DNA of 64,000 nt from Methanobacteriota archaeon (GTDB lineage Archaea; Halobacteriota; Bog-38; Methanoflorentales; Methanoflorentaceae): assembly GCA_963720465.1 (NCBI GenBank), contig OY970393.1, positions 192,001 to 256,000 on the forward strand, in the 5' to 3' direction. The notes beneath the pieces are model-generated. The model was not told where the DNA came from. It saw only the letters and a program-made list of their open reading frames with translations, and searched no databases. Within the stretch, counting starts at the first letter, position 1. Each line of letters begins with the position of its first letter. Positions 59,972 through 64,000 of the stretch are shown here, piece by piece. Made by a program: the position numbers and the translations under genes.

Positions 59972-60163
59972 ATGGTTCACGAAGTACAGTGCGATGAGTG
60001 CACGATCGAAACGTTGCGTGAAAGCTTCGATTGTCGGCACATGTCTCCGAAAAAGCGCTTCGTGAGCGGGGGACATTCTCAAGAGTGCGTGAGCTGCAGC
60101 AAGAAAGGTCTCTTGTTAGACCAAAGCCGCAGCGCGTGCGCAGCTTGTCCAGAAAAGGAATAA
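59972..60163 (+). CDS. Small Cys-rich putative zinc-binding protein
   Basis: 63 aa; CxxC-x10-CxH-x15-CxxC-x13-CxxC; fills the gap between convergent genes. Confidence 0.5.
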   Translation: MVHEVQCDECTIETLRESFDCRHMSPKKRFVSGGHSQECVSCSKKGLLLDQSRSACAACPEKE

Positions 60164-60194
60164 CGCTTTGGTCGGTCGCGTCAAGGAGCTCGGT

Positions 60195-61211
60195 CTAGGC
60201 CCCCTCAACTTTTTCGATGAGGCAATCGGTCACTTGGCTCGTTCTGAGAGCGCCTCCGAGGTCGTACGTCGTTTTGCCTTCGGCAACAGTCTCTTGGAGA
60301 GCGTTGAATATCATCGCGGATTCGCGTTTCAAGCCCAAGTAATCGAGCATCCACGCTCCAGCAAGTACGGTGGCGGTGGGATTCACCTTGTCAAGGTTTT
60401 GATACTTGGGGGCTGAACCGTGGGCGGGTTCAAACATGGCATAAGTGTCGCCGAAATTCGCCGAGTAAATCATTCCAATGCTCCCGACCAGCGCCGCACA
60501 CTCTTCACTTAGTATGTCCATGAAGAGGTTAGTAGACAGTAATATCGATTTGTTGAATATCTGCGGATTTTTCACGAGTTGTTGTGCGACGTTGTCCACG
60601 TGGTACTCCCAGAGTCCAATGTTTGAGAACTCACTTTTTATCTCGCGGACGGCTTGGAGAAAAGCGCCGTCCGTCTGCTTTAGTATGTTACTCTTGTGGA
60701 TAGCGACAACAGTTGTCCAGCTTCGCTTGTCCGCCTCTATAAAAGCGAAGTGAGCTATTCTTCGACTCGCCGATTTCGTGATTTTCCGTAGGGCGACGTA
60801 CATGTCTCCCGAGAGCTGCACTTCACTGCCCGCGTACATGCCTTCAGTCGCTTCACGCACGCACACAAAGTCGACATCTCCAAGAGGACGGGGGGTATTG
60901 GGAAACGTTCGTATCGGACGAACGTTTGCAAATAGGTCCTTTTCCTGTCTAATGGTAACGGCGACACTGCGCGGGGAACCAGGCCCCCCAGGTGTTGTGG
61001 TCGGCCCTTTGAAACAGGCTTGAGTTGAGTTGATTACGTCCCAGGTCTCATTGGGAATTAATGAGTTTCCTGCGTGAGACTCGTACCAATCGCTTCCCGC
61101 GTGACAAGGGATCATATTTACGGGCGCTCCGGTAGCAGTGACGATTCGCATCATTGCTTTGACCAGTTCAGGTCCAACTCCATCTCCCAATATAACGGCT
61201 ACTTCTTGCAT
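60195..61211 (-). CDS. Isocitrate/isopropylmalate dehydrogenase family protein (IDH-like)
   Basis: GDGVGPE, KGPTTTP, RSVAVTIRQ..DLFANVRP, RE.TEG.Y, HKSNILK.TDG, EPAHGSAP. Confidence 0.9.
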   Translation of the reverse strand: MQEVAVILGDGVGPELVKAMMRIVTATGAPVNMIPCHAGSDWYESHAGNSLIPNETWDVINSTQACFKGPTTTPGGPGSPRSVAVTIRQEKDLFANVRPIRTFPNTPRPLGDVDFVCVREATEGMYAGSEVQLSGDMYVALRKITKSASRRIAHFAFIEADKRSWTTVVAIHKSNILKQTDGAFLQAVREIKSEFSNIGLWEYHVDNVAQQLVKNPQIFNKSILLSTNLFMDILSEECAALVGSIGMIYSANFGDTYAMFEPAHGSAPKYQNLDKVNPTATVLAGAWMLDYLGLKRESAMIFNALQETVAEGKTTYDLGGALRTSQVTDCLIEKVEGA

Positions 61212-61253
61212 TGCCTCACCAGAATGGTTCAGTTGTCAAAAACGCTGAATTGG

Positions 61254-61766
61254 CTAATCCGTGAATCCGCCACGGGTGTCCAAGTATTGCATTAGTCCGC
61301 CTTTCGCTAACAATTCTTGCATGAACTGTGGAATGGGCTTGAAGTGATACTCAGCATTTCGATTCTCGCTTCGAATCACCCCTTTACCGAAATCTACGTT
61401 AAGCATCTCGCCTCGGGTCACGTTGTTTGAGATGCTTTCGCACTCCACCAATGGAAGGCCGATATTGAAGCCATTTCGGTAGAATATACGTGCGAAAGAG
61501 TCGGCGATGACGCAGGAGATGCCACAAGCTTTGAGAACCTGTGGCGCTTGCTCTCGTGACGAGCCGCACCCGAAGTTCGCCCCAGCAACCAGAATTGGAT
61601 CTTTCAAGCGCTTGCAATCATCATAAAAGTGCGTATCGAGTGATTCAAACGTGTGCCGAGCGAGCTTATTCAAGTCGAGCTCATCATATTTGTATTTGCC
61701 AGCAATAATCTCATCTGTGTTGGTATCACTAGGAAATACTCGGACAACTTTCCCCTCAATTTTCAT
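61254..61766 (-). CDS. Aconitase/isopropylmalate dehydratase-type small subunit (LeuD-like)
   Basis: [35 protein letters not shown]. Confidence 0.92.
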   Translation of the reverse strand: MKIEGKVVRVFPSDTNTDEIIAGKYKYDELDLNKLARHTFESLDTHFYDDCKRLKDPILVAGANFGCGSSREQAPQVLKACGISCVIADSFARIFYRNGFNIGLPLVECESISNNVTRGEMLNVDFGKGVIRSENRNAEYHFKPIPQFMQELLAKGGLMQYLDTRGGFTD

Positions 61767-61790
61767 GTTTCCCTCTATCGAGAATAGCCT

Positions 61791-63026
61791 TCAACGCTCC
61801 AAACCTCGCGGATCTGTGATCTTCCCTTCGATCGCACTTGCTGCCGCTGTTGACGGACTCGATAGGTAAATGAACGAAGTGTTGTTACCCATCCTACCTT
61901 TGAAGTTTCTGTTTTGTGTGGAAAGGGCAACTTCTCCATCTCCCAAGGCGACCGTCCTTCCTATGCAAAAGCCGCATCCAGGGGGGCCTATCGAGGCGCC
62001 TGCCTTCAGAAGCGTTTCTAGGACTCCCTCTTTGAGGGCTTCTAGAAGGACATCGCGGCTTGCAGGGTAGACCACCAGTCGCGCTTTGCTCCGATGTCCG
62101 TCCAGAATGCGTGCTGCGGCGCGGAGATCTTCAATCCGTCCGTTGGTGCACGAGCCAATGCATACTTGGTCTAGCTCCTGACCTTCAACCTCTGTAACTG
62201 GAACGGCGTTATCGACTTTGTGGGGTTTAGCTATCATCGGAACGACAGTCTCGGCGCGAATACGGATCTCCTGAACGTAAAGGGCACCTTTATCGGCGTA
62301 TAAAGGCGTGAACTCATTGCCACGCCCGTACTGCGCTAGATACGCTTCAACCTTTTCATCTGCTGCGCACATTCCTACCTTTGCGCCGGCTTCAATCGCC
62401 ATGTTTGACAACGTTGCGCGGGACTCGATGCTCATCGCTTCAACAGTGTCGCCGTAGAATTCAAGAGCCTTATAAGTGGCTCCGTCGGCTGTTATTCGTG
62501 AAAGCAGTTCTAAGAATACGTCCTTCGAGTGAACGTTTTTCGGCAGTTTTCCAGAAACCTCTACGTGTACTGTTTCTGGCACTTTCAACCACGTTTTTCC
62601 GTAGGCCATGATCGAAGCTACGTCAGTCGAACCCATTCCGGTGGCGAAAGCGCCGAGTGCACCGTGGGTGCACGTGTGACTGTCCCCGCCTACGATTATC
62701 TTATAGGGCGACGCGTACCGTTCGAGGACAATTTGATGACAAATCCCATCACCATTTTCATAAAAATCCATTCCGTACGTATGGGCAAACTGCCGCATGA
62801 GCCTTTGGACGTTGGACACTTTCTCCGATGGAGAGGGTGATGCGTGATCGCAAAAAGCCACGACGCTTTCTGGAAATTTCACTGAGTGTCCGCCCAGTTC
62901 CTGGATCGCAAGCGGCAGTGTACCATCGTGGGCGAAAACCAAATCAACTGGGACGGTGACGATATCGCCACTCGCAGCATCAACCCCACTGCGCTTTGAT
63001 AGAACCTTCTCTGATATCGTTTTCAA
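61791..63026 (-). CDS. Aconitase/isopropylmalate dehydratase-type large subunit (LeuC-like)
   Basis: HDGT, DH, GICHQ, DSHTCT.GALGAF, IGSCTNGR, PGCG.C, NRNFKGRMG. Confidence 0.93.
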   Translation of the reverse strand: MKTISEKVLSKRSGVDAASGDIVTVPVDLVFAHDGTLPLAIQELGGHSVKFPESVVAFCDHASPSPSEKVSNVQRLMRQFAHTYGMDFYENGDGICHQIVLERYASPYKIIVGGDSHTCTHGALGAFATGMGSTDVASIMAYGKTWLKVPETVHVEVSGKLPKNVHSKDVFLELLSRITADGATYKALEFYGDTVEAMSIESRATLSNMAIEAGAKVGMCAADEKVEAYLAQYGRGNEFTPLYADKGALYVQEIRIRAETVVPMIAKPHKVDNAVPVTEVEGQELDQVCIGSCTNGRIEDLRAAARILDGHRSKARLVVYPASRDVLLEALKEGVLETLLKAGASIGPPGCGFCIGRTVALGDGEVALSTQNRNFKGRMGNNTSFIYLSSPSTAAASAIEGKITDPRGLER

Positions 63027-63117
63027 GTGAATGACCTCCTCCGATTAGCGCCATCTTCAAAAAGTGTTCGCCCAAGTCGCACAGAATCCTTGAGTTACGT
63101 CGTGCTCTAAATAGTGG

Positions 63118-63372
63118 TTACGCTGAGTTAGCTATTATCTTTTCCGGTGTCCATCGCTTGTCTTCTCTGGCTTGTCGCGCGCGATTACTTCGTCTGAATC
63201 TTAGGACGGCAAGGATGGCGGCTACCAAGATGGACAACGCCGCCGCTGCGATGCCGTCGTACGTTGACGTTTTTGTCTTCCAATTCGCCCTGAAATAGAA
63301 TCCAGCGAAAGCCAGAGCGACTGCGCGATAAACGTTTGTAACGCGAGCACTCAACACTACATGGATTTTCAA
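63118..63372 (-). CDS. Small hypothetical membrane protein
   Basis: Two hydrophobic segments followed by a basic tail; co-oriented upstream of the LeuC-like gene. Confidence 0.4.
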   Translation of the reverse strand: MKIHVVLSARVTNVYRAVALAFAGFYFRANWKTKTSTYDGIAAAALSILVAAILAVLRFRRSNRARQAREDKRWTPEKIIANSA

Positions 63373-63679
63373 TCACGCTTAGCTTCTGTTTAAGCAATCT
63401 CCGTGCTTGAACATCTTGCTGGACAACAAGATGCAAAGAACAACTGATTCTAAACGAAAACAGTGGTTCGATTTTGCTTCAGACAGTTTAGGGAAACTTA
63501 TGCTTGGTCACCAGCGCAATGTCGAAGCAGTAAAAGAGTTTTTCGATTTTATCCTAGATTTCCGCTTTTTCCTCGTTATTCTTCTTAGCTACCTATGTGT
63601 ATGTTGAGGAAGAAAAGAAGAGCGAAATCCGTGAGGGACTCGCTGAAGGAACGCTCTGGCAGTCATGATGACTCACTTA

Positions 63680-64000
63680 TCACAGATAGTGTGACCGCCT
63701 CAAGGCGTAGATTGCAATAGGTATGCCGAGAGCCGCACCAAGACTCTGCGATATAGTCGTCGCATATGCGGCACCTAAAGCGCCCATAGCCGGTATTAAA
63801 ATCAAGTTCAGCCCAACGTTCACCCCCGTCAAATAGGTTGCATTCAGCACGTGTACCTTCTGATTGTTCGTTGCGTCCAGCAAGAGGCCGGTTGGGATGG
63901 TTACCAAGTTCACGGCAAATCCGATGACAAGGATGTTGATGAACACGATAGACTCAGCGAATTTTGGGCCGAAGGCGAAAATCATAAGTTGCCCCCCGAA
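63680..64000 (-). CDS. MOP-family flippase / polysaccharide biosynthesis protein, C-terminal part (runs off the window)
   Basis: FG..F..S, NVGLNLILIP.MGALGAAYAT. Confidence 0.8.
   Translation of the reverse strand, partial: FGGQLMIFAFGPKFAESIVFINILVIGFAVNLVTIPTGLLLDATNNQKVHVLNATYLTGVNVGLNLILIPAMGALGAAYATTISQSLGAALGIPIAIYALRRSHYL

Noticed and set aside
63407-63607. 66-aa plus-strand ORF near the window end
   Set aside because: TTG start, no motif or supporting signals; cannot be supported.
1-64000. CRISPR arrays, IS elements, integrases, tRNA and rRNA genes
   Set aside because: No regularly spaced repeats, transposase or integrase motifs, or tRNA/rRNA signatures were seen on manual reading; tRNAscan-SE and Infernal would be needed to exclude small RNAs.

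Overview
Archaeal chromosomal segment, gene-dense and mostly housekeeping. Fae, DmrX, CofD, a methanogenesis-marker-9 domain, AglB, GGR, aIF2-alpha, aIF5A, PCNA/PriL/PriS/GINS and an archaeal ThrRS point to a Halobacteriota methanogen-related lineage (inference). About 60 CDSs were called; no tRNA, rRNA, CRISPR array or transposase was recognised. Main observations: (1) the primase large subunit priL is split at ACC-TGA-G, with its fourth Fe-S cysteine and HPLxYY tail in the +1 frame (programmed frameshift or single-base error); (2) a Re-citrate-synthase-like gene converges on a LeuC/LeuD-type hydratase plus an IDH-like dehydrogenase, flanked by a LarA-family racemase and a small protein with C3HC4 ligand order, a possible uncharacterised 2-oxoglutarate or 2-oxoacid-elongation module; (3) AglB carries substitutions at metal- and phosphate-binding positions; (4) an LpdD-like/UbiX/UbiD operon; (5) a methanopterin-associated cluster; (6) an aIF5A-agmatinase-DHS operon; (7) two genes that may start at ATT/ATC; (8) a GC-richer block at the window start. 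All calls come from motif recognition by eye, with no database searches.
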